A DNA stretch of 64,000 nucleotides, from positions 1 to 64,000 of the IMG/VR virus record IMGVR_UViG_3300043436_000583. The stretch is one strand, 5' to 3'. Positions 1 to 10,400 of this stretch are shown here, one piece after another. The number at the start of each line of letters is the position of its first letter. Position 1 is the first letter of the stretch. Source of the stretch: an uncultured virus (IMG/VR IMGVR_UViG_3300043436_000583) (Duplodnaviria; Heunggongvirae; Uroviricota; Caudoviricetes). Below the pieces are notes generated by a model, which saw only the letters and a program-made list of their open reading frames with translations, made no database searches and was not told the DNA's origin. A program made the position numbers and the translations under genes.

Positions 1-186
1 ATATCCTGCTATTGAACCAACAGCAAAACCTGTTGCAGCACTTACCCTTAATACCCCACTAAAATTACTTGTACCAGTTACTTCTAATTTATAACTACCA
101 CTAGGTGCTGCTCCTATTCCTACGTTGTTAGATGCGTCAGTTAGTATTGCTAAAGGGATTGTACCCAGTTTTTGTGTAACACCCAT
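1..186 (-). CDS. 5' part of a tail-fibre-like protein, running off the window start (MGVTQKLGTIPLAILTDASNNVGIGAAPSGSYKLEVTG...)
   Basis: Manual translation: ATG at 186, 1 nt after the upstream stop; open to base 1; NVGIG...KLEV motif as in the neighbouring fibres. Confidence 0.75.
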   Translation of the reverse strand, partial: MGVTQKLGTIPLAILTDASNNVGIGAAPSGSYKLEVTGTSNFSGVLRVSAATGFAVGSIAGY

Positions 187-187
187 A

Positions 188-1318
188 TTATTTGTTTTTT
201 AACTCGTTTATTTGAGATTGTAATGATGTGATTAATGCTTGTTGCTCTTGTACTGCTTTAACTAAAGCTGATGTAATAGCTTGATAATCTAAACCAATAA
301 ATGTTTTATCGCCATTTATATTTTCACAATATGCTTGAGGAATAAAATCTTTTACTTCTTGTGCAATAAATCCTAAATGCTTATCAACAGATTCTTCTTC
401 ATCTATCATTCTATAAAGAGTAGGTTTTAAACCTAATATAGCAGAAAGTCCAATAGTAGATTGTTCAAAATCTTTCTTTTTATTTACATCAGATAAAGGA
501 GTAAAAACTCCAGTAGTAGGACTAATATTAGCTTTTGAAACACCTTGATAACCAAAATAAAAATTAGCATCTCCACCATTAACTAAATTCCATACTTGAT
601 TTCCTGTATTAATTAAAGAAAGTCCTTCATTATGACTATTTGCTGATTGTTTTATTTGTACTTGACCCCCACTTGTGATAACCATTCTATAAGCAGATGC
701 ATTATTATCATAAACTATAAATCCTAAAGTATCACTACCAATAATAAAGTTTCTAAAACTTGTTGGTGCAAAATTCATATAAGCATCAGTAGTACCACCT
801 ATTGATAATTTTGTAGTAGGACTTGTTGTACCAATACCTAAATTTCCTGATGCATTTATTGTAACTCTTGTAACATTATTTGTACCAAATCTTAATATAT
901 TATTTGCATTATCTCCTTCAATGTAATTATTACCACCTCCAAAACCTACATAACCAGTTGCAGATAATACTATACTATTACTAAATGTAGCTAAACCTGT
1001 TGAGGATATGGTCAATCTTCTTGAACCTCCAGCACCAAATACTAAATTACCAGATGCGTTATTATTCCAAATTGATAAACCATCTGCATCTCTGCCGTCA
1101 TAACCAATATCTCCTATTTGAGTACCTGCTGAGTTTCTAAATGCTATATAATTATCTACACCTGTTGGAGTTAATCTTAATACTTCTCCACTTCCAGTAA
1201 TAGTTGTAGTAGAACCATCATCTTGTATTAAGCTATTGCCTATGGTAGTTCCATTTGCTTTTAGTACATAGTTGGTGGTAGTCAAAGGTGCTGTGGCAAG
1301 TATGGTATTTAATGACAT
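188..1318 (-). CDS. Tail fibre protein with C-terminal intramolecular chaperone (Peptidase S74-like)
   Basis: GNLGIGTTSP fibre motif; SDVNKKKD autocleavage-type site, HLGFIAQEV and terminal coiled coil. Confidence 0.85.
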   Translation of the reverse strand: MSLNTILATAPLTTTNYVLKANGTTIGNSLIQDDGSTTTITGSGEVLRLTPTGVDNYIAFRNSAGTQIGDIGYDGRDADGLSIWNNNASGNLVFGAGGSRRLTISSTGLATFSNSIVLSATGYVGFGGGNNYIEGDNANNILRFGTNNVTRVTINASGNLGIGTTSPTTKLSIGGTTDAYMNFAPTSFRNFIIGSDTLGFIVYDNNASAYRMVITSGGQVQIKQSANSHNEGLSLINTGNQVWNLVNGGDANFYFGYQGVSKANISPTTGVFTPLSDVNKKKDFEQSTIGLSAILGLKPTLYRMIDEEESVDKHLGFIAQEVKDFIPQAYCENINGDKTFIGLDYQAITSALVKAVQEQQALITSLQSQINELKNK

Positions 1319-1329
1319 TTTTTATTCTT

Positions 1330-4300
1330 TTATATTTGTTCTACAATTGGTTCAATTGTTTCAGCTGGTTCAGCTGGTTCAGTTGTTTCAGTTGGCTCAA
1401 TTGGTTTTAATGGTTCCACTATTACCTTACCATTTTCATCTGTTATATCTGTATCCATAATAAATTCGTCTTTTCTTTCACCTATTACCATCCAAGATAT
1501 TTCATCTGTTGAATTTGCATTTTGACTTTCTATGTAAATAATATTACCAATAACCTTTCCTTTGACTAAATCCCAACCACTTTCATTTGTTGTAAAACAT
1601 TGTACTTCTCTACATAATGCTTCAAATGTTCCATCAGTCATAGTAGATATTTCGTCTATATTAGCTTGAGCTTTACCGTTTACTAAGGTAAGTTTGCCTC
1701 TATAAATCAAATCTGCTTGAGGTGATTCAACACTAGTATGACGTAAATTATGTGTTTCTTTTAAATTTGAAAGGGGATGTGGAATTAAAAATGATTTTGA
1801 AGAAGCAGAGAAAGCACCTGCTACAACCACATTACCATTGTTAGCAATTGTCATTCTAGCACCAAAACCATCAGCATTGAAACTATAATATATAGTTCCT
1901 GCTGTAGCACCTGCTGAGCTTTGCCAACTAAATTTACCATTACCTGCATTGTAATCACTTGTTCCATATCCTGAAGTTCCCCATTGTATATTTCCTACAA
2001 AACCACTTGAACCTAAAATAAGTGTACCGTATGTTGTTGTATTTCCACTAGAGTCAATTTTTACTTTATCTGTACCTGCTATAGAAAGGTATATTTCTGA
2101 ACCGCCTATTGCTATTGGCTGATAAGACCCAAAAAAAGTATTATTTACACCGAATATAGTGCTTCTACCTGAACTAAAAGTTCCTCCATTATCTATTCTA
2201 ACTCCGTAAGCAGTTCCACCAAAAGCTGCTGAAGTACCATTTGCACTATTATATACTTGAAATTTTTGGCTTGGGCTGACACCAACACCAAACTGACCTG
2301 ATGAATTTATTCTTGCAGCCTCAACGAGAGTTTGTCTTGTACTACCTGAGCCTACTGATGGAGCTGTTGAAAATATAATATTAGATGTAGCACCATTACC
2401 TGTTCCTAAACCTGCACTTATATAAACAGCTCCACCTTCATTATTAGTACCTGTTGTAGAATCTGCACCTTTTAAAGTTAATGCAGGAGCACTACCTAAT
2501 GTACTTTGGTTCATACCAATAGTAGTAGCTGTATCCCCACCAAATGATAATCTAAAACTTGGAGCTGTTGTTCCAATTCCAATTAAACCATTACCTTGGA
2601 TTCTCATTATAGTGCTAGTAGTATGAGCACTATTATAAAACGAATGGAAATCCATATAAGTATATGGACTTGTAAATGACATTCCAATAGCACCTACTAC
2701 ATTACCACTATCGTGCCAAATAATATTTTTCTTGTAGTTTGCACTTCCACCCCAAGATGGCATCTCCATCTTAATATAGTTAACATCAGCACTAGTTGAT
2801 GGATAATATATACTTAAAGGAGAAGTTGCATTAGTTGTTCCAATACCAACATTCCCTGCAGTAGTTATTCTCATTCTTTCTACAGCTGTATTTAATGAAC
2901 TACCAGCAGTTCCAACAGGAGCAGTATAAAAAGTTAAATCACCACCAACTCCTGTTCCTGTACCTTGTCCTCCCTGTATTCTAAATTCAGCACCAGCTAT
3001 GTTTGTTCCACTACCATCTGTACCTTCTATTATTGCAGTTTGTGGGGTAGCTGATGACTGACCATTACCAATGAAAAGACTTGTACCATCATCATAAATT
3101 AAGCCATTACCAATTGTATTTGTTCCAGTAAATTTAGCGTGATAACCACTTGTACCACTACCACCAATACCACTATAAGCTCCTACTGAATAAGAGTAAG
3201 CATAAACTACTACTATATCATTTAATTGACAAGCTGTTGCTAATATTATACTTGTACCATTGGTTGCAGTATATTCTGATTGAGCTAGATTAGAACCATT
3301 ATAAAACACATCTATTAATCCTTGTGTATATGTTACTGTGAATGTTGTCTGAGCAGCTGTGGCTGTGAAGGTTGTTATTGTTCTTAGTGCATTGGTTGGT
3401 AAGAATGCAGTGAGGTAGTTATCAATTTCAACAATATTACCAGCAGCCAAAGGAGCTGTCATAACTACTGTTGTACCATCTGTTGCTGTATAATCTACAC
3501 CATTTACAAACTTAACACCATTCACAAATACATCTATCATTCCAAGGTTGTAACCATTGGTTACAGTGAATGTTGTTTGACTTGCTGTGGCAGTAAAAAC
3601 TTCAACACTTCTTGCTGAAGAGCTTGCAAATCCAGAAGATCCAGAAGACCCTGAAGATCCACTTGTTCCACTTGTACCTGATGATCCTGCAGTTCCTGTT
3701 CCACCTGCTGTTCCTGAAGAACCAGATGTTCCTGTTGCTCCACTTGAACCACTTGTTGCACTGGTACCACTTGATCCAGATGTGCCTGATGTAGCAGAAG
3801 TTCCAGATGAACCATCACTACCTGCTGTACCTGACGTACCTGCAGTGGCTGATGTTCCACTAGATCCAGAGGTGCCACTTGTTCCACTTGTTGCAGATGT
3901 GCCACTAGACCCATCTGTACCACTAGTTCCTGATGTTCCACTACTTGCTGATGTACCACTTGATGCTGATGTACCAGAACTTCCAGAAGTTCCACTAGAT
4001 CCATCAGTTCCAGACGAGCCATCTGTACCACTTGTTCCACTTGATGCAGAAGTTCCACTAGATGCAGATGTTCCACTGCTTCCAGAGGTTCCACTTGATC
4101 CATCAGTGCCAGATGAACCATCAGTACCAGATGATCCATTAGTTCCACTTGTTGCACTAGAACCACTAGAGCCACTTGTACCACTAGACCCATCCCCTCC
4201 ACTCGCACCATCTAAGTTAACAGACCAAGCAGAATAAGTTCCACTACCCACTGTTCTAGTTGGTGCTGCGAATGATAAAGAACCTGTTGCTGGATTATAA

Positions 4301-5925
4301 GCTGTAACCTCACACTCTTGGAAGTTATTAGCGTCATAAACCACAATGATAGATTGAGCTACTGTATATGCTAATTGAGTACCTACAGTTATTGTTCCTG
4401 CATTACCCAATGTAAATGTTGTTGTTGATGTTGTGGCATATCTGTCACCTGAAAGACCTGCTGTTCCACTAGATCCTGAAGTTCCACTTGATCCATCTGT
4501 ACCAGCTGTACCAGACGATCCACTTGTTCCAGAGCTAGCTGATGTTCCTGATGATCCATCAGTACCAGTAGTTCCACTCGTACCACTTGATGCACTTGTT
4601 CCAGAAGAACCATCTGTTCCACTAGTGCCACTAGAGGCTGATGTTCCTGAAGAGCCAGCTGTTCCATTTGTACCACTTGTTCCAGATGATCCGTCTGTAC
4701 CTGAACTACCATCAGTGCCACTAGAGCCATCTGTTCCAGATGTACCACTAGTTCCTGAAGAAGCACTTGTACCACTAGTTGCTGATGTACCTGAGCTACC
4801 ACTAGTTGCAGATGTTCCACTAGAACCTGATGTTCCAGAAGAAGCTGATGTACCAGATGAACCATCAGTTCCACTAGATCCACTTGATCCACTAGATGCT
4901 GAGGTTCCACTTGACCCACTTGTACCTGATCCACCAGATGTTCCAGAAGAGCCAGATGTACCAGCATCTCCTGATGTTCCACTTGACGCAGAGGTTCCAC
5001 TAGTTCCTGAAGAACCAGCAGTTCCAGATGAGCCAGATGTTCCACTAGAGCCACTAGCCCCTGCTGAGCTTTTAAGTAGGGCTACAGAGGGGCTAATTTT
5101 TATGTATACAGGAAGTATTCCTGTTAAAGGTTGTATGTCTGTTAAGTTTCCAGGTGCTGCTGGATCGAAGTATAATATATCTCCAACACTACCAACAGTG
5201 ATGTTTAAATCATTCACTATTCTTCCTAAAGGTCTAACTCTTAGATTTCCTTGTTCTGGTGTATTAACAGATGTCACTATACCAGCAATGCTCATTAAAT
5301 CATTTTCTGTAGTTCCTGTTACTTTGACAAACTGCCCACTAGAATTTATCTTAACAAAGTCTCCTTCATTGAAGGCTGCGTAAATAGTTGAATTAATGTC
5401 TAAAGAAAAGAAGTCTGTAAGATAGTTTCTGAAGCGAAATCTACCAGTGATGTCATTGAACCAGTTGGTTAAATCTCCTATTTGAGATCTAATCTGTTCT
5501 GTTGGTGTGATGATGGGAAGACCATCCAAGCCTATATTAAAGAACAATCCTGTAAAACCTTCCACAGGAAAGTTATTACCCATTCCTGAGTTGTCTGTAA
5601 CAAGATTGTAAAGATCAACATCCTCAATAACAATAGTGCATGATGTCCCTGCTGGGTTTACGCTTGTTATAGATTGAATTCTATAAGCGTAACCATTAGG
5701 AAGACCAAACCACATTCCTGCTACTAAGTTGCTAGCATTATAAAGAAGTTGGGGGGTTGTATCGTAAGAGCTGGTTTCTTGGGGTAGTACTGTAAGAGTA
5801 CAAGTAAAAATAAATGGAGAGCCATCCCAAGGGGACAACGCATTACTATACGTAGAAGTTGTGCTTGTAGACCCAAAGTTGATACTTGCAGGAATACAAA
5901 TTGGTGGGGTTATTAAACTCGCCAT
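1330..5925 (-). CDS. Long tail fibre/adhesin, 1531 aa, with Gly-Ser/Thr repeat tracts
   Basis: SGTSGS tracts, a GDRY module, two TATAxQTTFTVT repeats, several (V/I)GIGTT motifs, C-terminal KSFLIPHP...VESP...YRG domain seen in phage fibres. Confidence 0.8.
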   Translation of the reverse strand: MASLITPPICIPASINFGSTSTTSTYSNALSPWDGSPFIFTCTLTVLPQETSSYDTTPQLLYNASNLVAGMWFGLPNGYAYRIQSITSVNPAGTSCTIVIEDVDLYNLVTDNSGMGNNFPVEGFTGLFFNIGLDGLPIITPTEQIRSQIGDLTNWFNDITGRFRFRNYLTDFFSLDINSTIYAAFNEGDFVKINSSGQFVKVTGTTENDLMSIAGIVTSVNTPEQGNLRVRPLGRIVNDLNITVGSVGDILYFDPAAPGNLTDIQPLTGILPVYIKISPSVALLKSSAGASGSSGTSGSSGTAGSSGTSGTSASSGTSGDAGTSGSSGTSGGSGTSGSSGTSASSGSSGSSGTDGSSGTSASSGTSGSSGTSATSGSSGTSATSGTSASSGTSGTSGTDGSSGTDGSSGTDGSSGTSGTNGTAGSSGTSASSGTSGTDGSSGTSASSGTSGTTGTDGSSGTSASSGTSGSSGTAGTDGSSGTSGSSGTAGLSGDRYATTSTTTFTLGNAGTITVGTQLAYTVAQSIIVVYDANNFQECEVTAYNPATGSLSFAAPTRTVGSGTYSAWSVNLDGASGGDGSSGTSGSSGSSATSGTNGSSGTDGSSGTDGSSGTSGSSGTSASSGTSASSGTSGTDGSSGTDGSSGTSGSSGTSASSGTSASSGTSGTSGTDGSSGTSATSGTSGTSGSSGTSATAGTSGTAGSDGSSGTSATSGTSGSSGTSATSGSSGATGTSGSSGTAGGTGTAGSSGTSGTSGSSGSSGSSGFASSSARSVEVFTATASQTTFTVTNGYNLGMIDVFVNGVKFVNGVDYTATDGTTVVMTAPLAAGNIVEIDNYLTAFLPTNALRTITTFTATAAQTTFTVTYTQGLIDVFYNGSNLAQSEYTATNGTSIILATACQLNDIVVVYAYSYSVGAYSGIGGSGTSGYHAKFTGTNTIGNGLIYDDGTSLFIGNGQSSATPQTAIIEGTDGSGTNIAGAEFRIQGGQGTGTGVGGDLTFYTAPVGTAGSSLNTAVERMRITTAGNVGIGTTNATSPLSIYYPSTSADVNYIKMEMPSWGGSANYKKNIIWHDSGNVVGAIGMSFTSPYTYMDFHSFYNSAHTTSTIMRIQGNGLIGIGTTAPSFRLSFGGDTATTIGMNQSTLGSAPALTLKGADSTTGTNNEGGAVYISAGLGTGNGATSNIIFSTAPSVGSGSTRQTLVEAARINSSGQFGVGVSPSQKFQVYNSANGTSAAFGGTAYGVRIDNGGTFSSGRSTIFGVNNTFFGSYQPIAIGGSEIYLSIAGTDKVKIDSSGNTTTYGTLILGSSGFVGNIQWGTSGYGTSDYNAGNGKFSWQSSAGATAGTIYYSFNADGFGARMTIANNGNVVVAGAFSASSKSFLIPHPLSNLKETHNLRHTSVESPQADLIYRGKLTLVNGKAQANIDEISTMTDGTFEALCREVQCFTTNESGWDLVKGKVIGNIIYIESQNANSTDEISWMVIGERKDEFIMDTDITDENGKVIVEPLKPIEPTETTEPAEPAETIEPIVEQI
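3620..5070 (-). repeat. Degenerate 9-nt-period coding repeats encoding (S/A/D-G-T/S)n
   Basis: Plus strand shows recurring gttccact/gtaccact/gatccact units; interrupted by a non-repetitive module at about 4195-4450. Confidence 0.9.
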
Positions 5926-5933
5926 GTTTCATT

Positions 5934-7295
5934 TTAAACTTTTGCTAAGAAATAAAGAGTCAGTGTGGAACTACCTGTTGAACTATATCCTGCATTTGTA
6001 GGATTCAAACTGTAGAAAGTCATTCCTGTATATGTGCTATTTTGGAACATTGAATAGTTACCTGTGGTATTTCCTACAAAAGTTCTTGTAAGCACTACAG
6101 TGTTATTTACACCACTTGTGTAAGCACCCACAATAACATTTCCTAATGGTTGTGTGATATCAAATATTGTTGCAGAAGTAACAGTGAATGCCCATCCTGG
6201 AGCACCAATCAAATTAGCTCCATTAGGATCTGTAGCACTAGCTACAGTAGATAACAATCCATTACTAGTATTAATTACAATAGTGTACACTTCTAATGTT
6301 CCTATTGCTGTAGCACCAGACGTACCAGATGATCCTGTTCCACCACTAGTACCTGTTGTACCAGCAGTTCCACTTGAACCATCAGTTCCAGTTGTACCAG
6401 CAGTACCACTAGACGCACTTGTACCAGCAGTTCCACTTGTACCTGCTGTTCCACTAGAGCCAGATGTGCCAGACGTACCACTTGATCCATCAGTACCATT
6501 GGTTCCACTAGAACCACTTGTTGCAGATGACCCACTAGTACCACTTGAACCATTGGTTCCAGAACTTCCTGAAGTACCTGAGCTACCGTCACCACCACTT
6601 GCACCATCTAGATTAATAACCCAAGAGCTATATGTTCCAGATCCTACAGTGCGTGTAGGAGCAGCAAATACTAACAATCCTGTAATACTATCATAACTTA
6701 CCACTTCACATTCTTGGAAGTTATTAACGTTATATGTAATGATGATAGACTGTACAGGAGTGTATGCAAGTCCTGTTCCTACAGTCATACTTCCACTATT
6801 ACCTAATGTAAAAGAGTTAGTTGATGTTGTTCTATATCTATCTCCTGAAAGACCACTAGATCCACTAGAGCCACTAGAAGCAGCTGTACCAGCTGTACCT
6901 GTAAGACCACTAGAGCCTGATGTACCTGCAGAACCACTTGTTCCTGTAGAACCAGAAGTTCCACTTGTACCCTTTACACCACTAGAACCAGAGCTTCCTG
7001 ATGTGCCACTAGTACCAGACCTACCACTAGATCCACTTGTACCACTAGCACCTGATGTGCCAGCAGTTCCAGATCTACCACTAGAGCCACTAGATCCTGA
7101 AGTTCCACTAGCACCAGATGTACCAGAAGAACCAAACAAACCTGCACCACATACAGCAGCATCAAGTTTCTCAATAATTGTTTCGAGATTGTCGTTGGTA
7201 TTAATACCAGAGCATATTAAGTTAGGGCCTTCGTAGAATACGCAGGTCGAATCCAATATAACTGGACAAGGGGTTGCAGAGCAAGTAACGTTCAT
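5934..7295 (-). CDS. Fibre/decoration protein with Cys-rich N-terminus and Gly-Ser/Thr repeats
   Basis: N-terminal CVFYEGPNLICSGINTNDNL shared with 43483..45165; SGT repeats; GDRY module. Confidence 0.75.
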   Translation of the reverse strand: MNVTCSATPCPVILDSTCVFYEGPNLICSGINTNDNLETIIEKLDAAVCGAGLFGSSGTSGASGTSGSSGSSGRSGTAGTSGASGTSGSSGRSGTSGTSGSSGSSGVKGTSGTSGSTGTSGSAGTSGSSGLTGTAGTAASSGSSGSSGLSGDRYRTTSTNSFTLGNSGSMTVGTGLAYTPVQSIIITYNVNNFQECEVVSYDSITGLLVFAAPTRTVGSGTYSSWVINLDGASGGDGSSGTSGSSGTNGSSGTSGSSATSGSSGTNGTDGSSGTSGTSGSSGTAGTSGTAGTSASSGTAGTTGTDGSSGTAGTTGTSGGTGSSGTSGATAIGTLEVYTIVINTSNGLLSTVASATDPNGANLIGAPGWAFTVTSATIFDITQPLGNVIVGAYTSGVNNTVVLTRTFVGNTTGNYSMFQNSTYTGMTFYSLNPTNAGYSSTGSSTLTLYFLAKV

Positions 7296-7371
7296 AGTGA
7301 TAATGTGTTATGTGTAATCTATTGATATACAAAGAAGTGCATCAAACTTATAGAATGTGCACTAATTGTAG

Positions 7372-7400
7372 CAAAAATAGTGAATTTAATTTATTTTCAA
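7372..7400 (-). promoter_or_regulatory. Bacteroidota-type housekeeping promoter for the fibre operon
   Basis: Minus strand TTG, about 18 nt, then TATTTTTG (TAnnTTTG -7 consensus), in an intergenic gap. Confidence 0.65.
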
Positions 7401-7447
7401 TGAGTTATAAAAATTATTCCTACATAATATAGCAATAACTATACTGT

Positions 7448-10400
7448 TTATTTACCAAATGGTTTAGCTTCAGATTGTGCTTTCATGCCAAGGTCTTTAG
7501 CTACATCTGGATAGAACATTAATAATATTGCATCCACCTGTGAAGCTATGGGGAATCCTTTTAATGCATACTTAATCACTTGGTTTTTCTTGGCTAGCTC
7601 TTCATCCCCTACACCTAGAGCATACATTTCTGTACCAAAGTTTAGGAATAGCTTCTTGAAGTTATCTAAGTAACTTATTGCTGGGAAGATACCTGATGTG
7701 GTTAGGCTTAAGAATGATGTTGGATTGTAGAAATAAGCAACCTCATCTCTAATCTTATCCATCACTCTAAGCATATACTTATATCTATTCTTTGTGGCTT
7801 TGTCATCATCATCATCATCTGGCTGTGCAACTTTAGCTCCTATGATTAATGTAGACAATGCAAGATAGAACATGAAATCTGTCATTTGATTACGTATGTT
7901 ACTACTAACCAATTCTACAAACTCACCTTCTGTCATCCTTAGTTCTTTACCTGTATCTTTTTCATAGTCAGATCTTTTTGATTCATAAAGTCTCTTTATT
8001 TGATCGACAAACTTTTGGTCATCTCCTTTTATAGAACTCATTAAGCTATCAACAGAACCCATAAAGTCTTCTGTTAGAAGTCTGAACATGTTTCTAGTTC
8101 TACCCCACTCATAAGCTTCTGTAGCTGAGTTATATTTTAAGTTACCAAATCTTACATCTACAAGTCTTGGTATCCAGTTCTTGAACACCATGAATGACTT
8201 ACCATATATATTTAAGTTAATCTTTCTAAGGTCATCCTCAGATAGATTACCTAATGCATCCTTAGTGATAGCCTGTACCTTTCTTCTAAGTTCAATCACA
8301 CTATCAGACTTTCTATCTAAGCCATCCACTACAAGCTCATTACCTTCAACTCTAGCTAGTTTTAAAAAGCCTTTCTCATCAATTAATCTCTTTACTTCTG
8401 TATCAAACTTTTCTTTTAATTGACTTCTTTCTTCAGCTGTACCTGTAAACATATTAGCAAACTCTGGCTGTTTCTTAAGATATTCTCTTACATTAAACAC
8501 CTTACCATCTTCTACAATAGAGTTCTCTAGATAACTAAAGAAGTTAATAGACTGCACATATTGATCTCCAGTTCTCATCAAAATCATTAAGAAGTCTTGT
8601 ATTCCTTCTTGACTAAACTTACTAACAGATAATTGCTTAGCAAGAATGTTGTTGTAGTTTTCTGTCAAAGGTTGAAAGTATTGAAGAGCTCCAACATATT
8701 TCTTAGAGTCTATTCCATTCATCTTTTGAGCCATCATAAACTCATTACGTACAAAGTCTGCCTTTGTGAAGAATTTACCAGCATTGATATAACTTTGGAA
8801 GCTACCTCCCAAGAAGTTTGATAATGCTGAGATAGGATTTAATCCTAATGTCTTCATTTGGAATACAGTATTTAACTGTGTGATTGTCTTGTTCAAAGAT
8901 ATCTGAGCATCATCATAGTCTTCAGTAAATATCTTTCTACCTAATACTTTGTTTGCTCTCTTACCAAAGTTTGCTATACCTCCTAATAACTGATCAAAGT
9001 TTTCACTCTCTACATACTTCTGACCATATACAATAGCTGCCATCATGTCTCTTACAAGCTTAGTGTTGTCAGAGTTGTCTGATGTAGTTTCAAGTGTACC
9101 ATCAGGTCTATATTTAGTTTTACCAAAGTAGGATGTCTTTATGGCTTCTTTGTTTGACTCAACCTTAATAATTACATTTAACTGGTGCTCAATGTTACTT
9201 AAATACTCATAACGAATGGCCATGTTATTTAACAGAGTCATGTTTCTGAACAAGTCTTCACTTGCTTCTTCTACAGTTTCTCTAGTGAAATATTTAGGAA
9301 TAGAATATACTGGCTCTTTAGTAATAGGATCTATCTCACCATAACCTACGTCTCCTTCTGTGATAGTTATGTTTCTTAACAAAGACTCACCAAGTTTATA
9401 CTCACCACCCATTACAATCTTCTCTGTAAGACTCTTTCTTACAAATGGTAAAAACACCCTAGCATCTCTACTATTAATATATTTGATTCCCACTAGATAT
9501 TCATTTCTACCTTTAATATAATCAAAGAACTCTTTAGCAGGTTTGTTCTCTGGTTTGTTAAGTTCTTTCCATGCTTCAGACTCCCATCTCTCCGCCTTGG
9601 GAAACTTACTAACAAACTCATACAATAACCAACCAGGAGAATCAGTTGTTGATGTATTGTATAAAGCATTAACATCAGCAACCTCTCTCTTCTTCTCTTT
9701 GTTTATACTTTCTTCATCACCAAATCTAGGTTTATCTTCTATTCTCTTAAATTCTTTTTCCTTCTGTTCTTTTAAGAATTCATTATACTTTGATACATCA
9801 ATGTTATCTCTAACCCATTGTGTATCTTTCTCAGCAATCTTACTCTTCAAAGTTTCGTAGAACTCAGAACTAAACTCATTTATTAATTCATTCTTGTTCT
9901 TCTTCTTGATAATATCAAAGTAGTTTTTGTTTGTAAGCCCCTTAGACTTAGCCCACTTATCATACTTCTCTTTAATAGCTAAAAGTTTGTTTCCTTGTTC
10001 TGACGTTTCAATAGACGCAAGACCAAAGGCTCTGTTAGCCATCTTATATAAAATCTCAGCAGACTTAAGCTGTATTACAGACGTAGAGTTAAATAACTTA
10101 CTAAATCCTTTAATAACCTTCTCAGGTTTTAATAAGTCCATAACGTTTACATCTTTTGCAATAACATTCTCAGCAAAGTCTTTTCTTACTTCTTCAAGAT
10201 CTGCTTCTAACTCATTTGCACTTTCTGCAGTGTCTCTAATGTCTTGCCACAATGCTTGATCTTTCTCAGACAAGTCTTTCTTGAACAAAGACTTTAAGTC
10301 TGTTGCCAAAGATGTATAAACCATCAGAGAGGTTTCATAAGATAGGATTCTATCAGATAGGTCATTCTTTTGTTTATCTGTAAATGCTCCTGGATCTTTA

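Noticed and set aside
3620..5070. CRISPR array or DGR-like repeat
   Set aside because: Repeats are degenerate, in-frame coding triplets with no repeat-spacer structure; no cas or reverse transcriptase gene seen in the window
3561..7236. Long plus-strand and alternative-frame ORFs (VPLDP.../LVVQVE...) over the SGT repeats, also at 43676-45034
   Set aside because: Shadow ORFs produced by the stop-poor 9-nt repeat; they lie entirely within better-supported fibre genes
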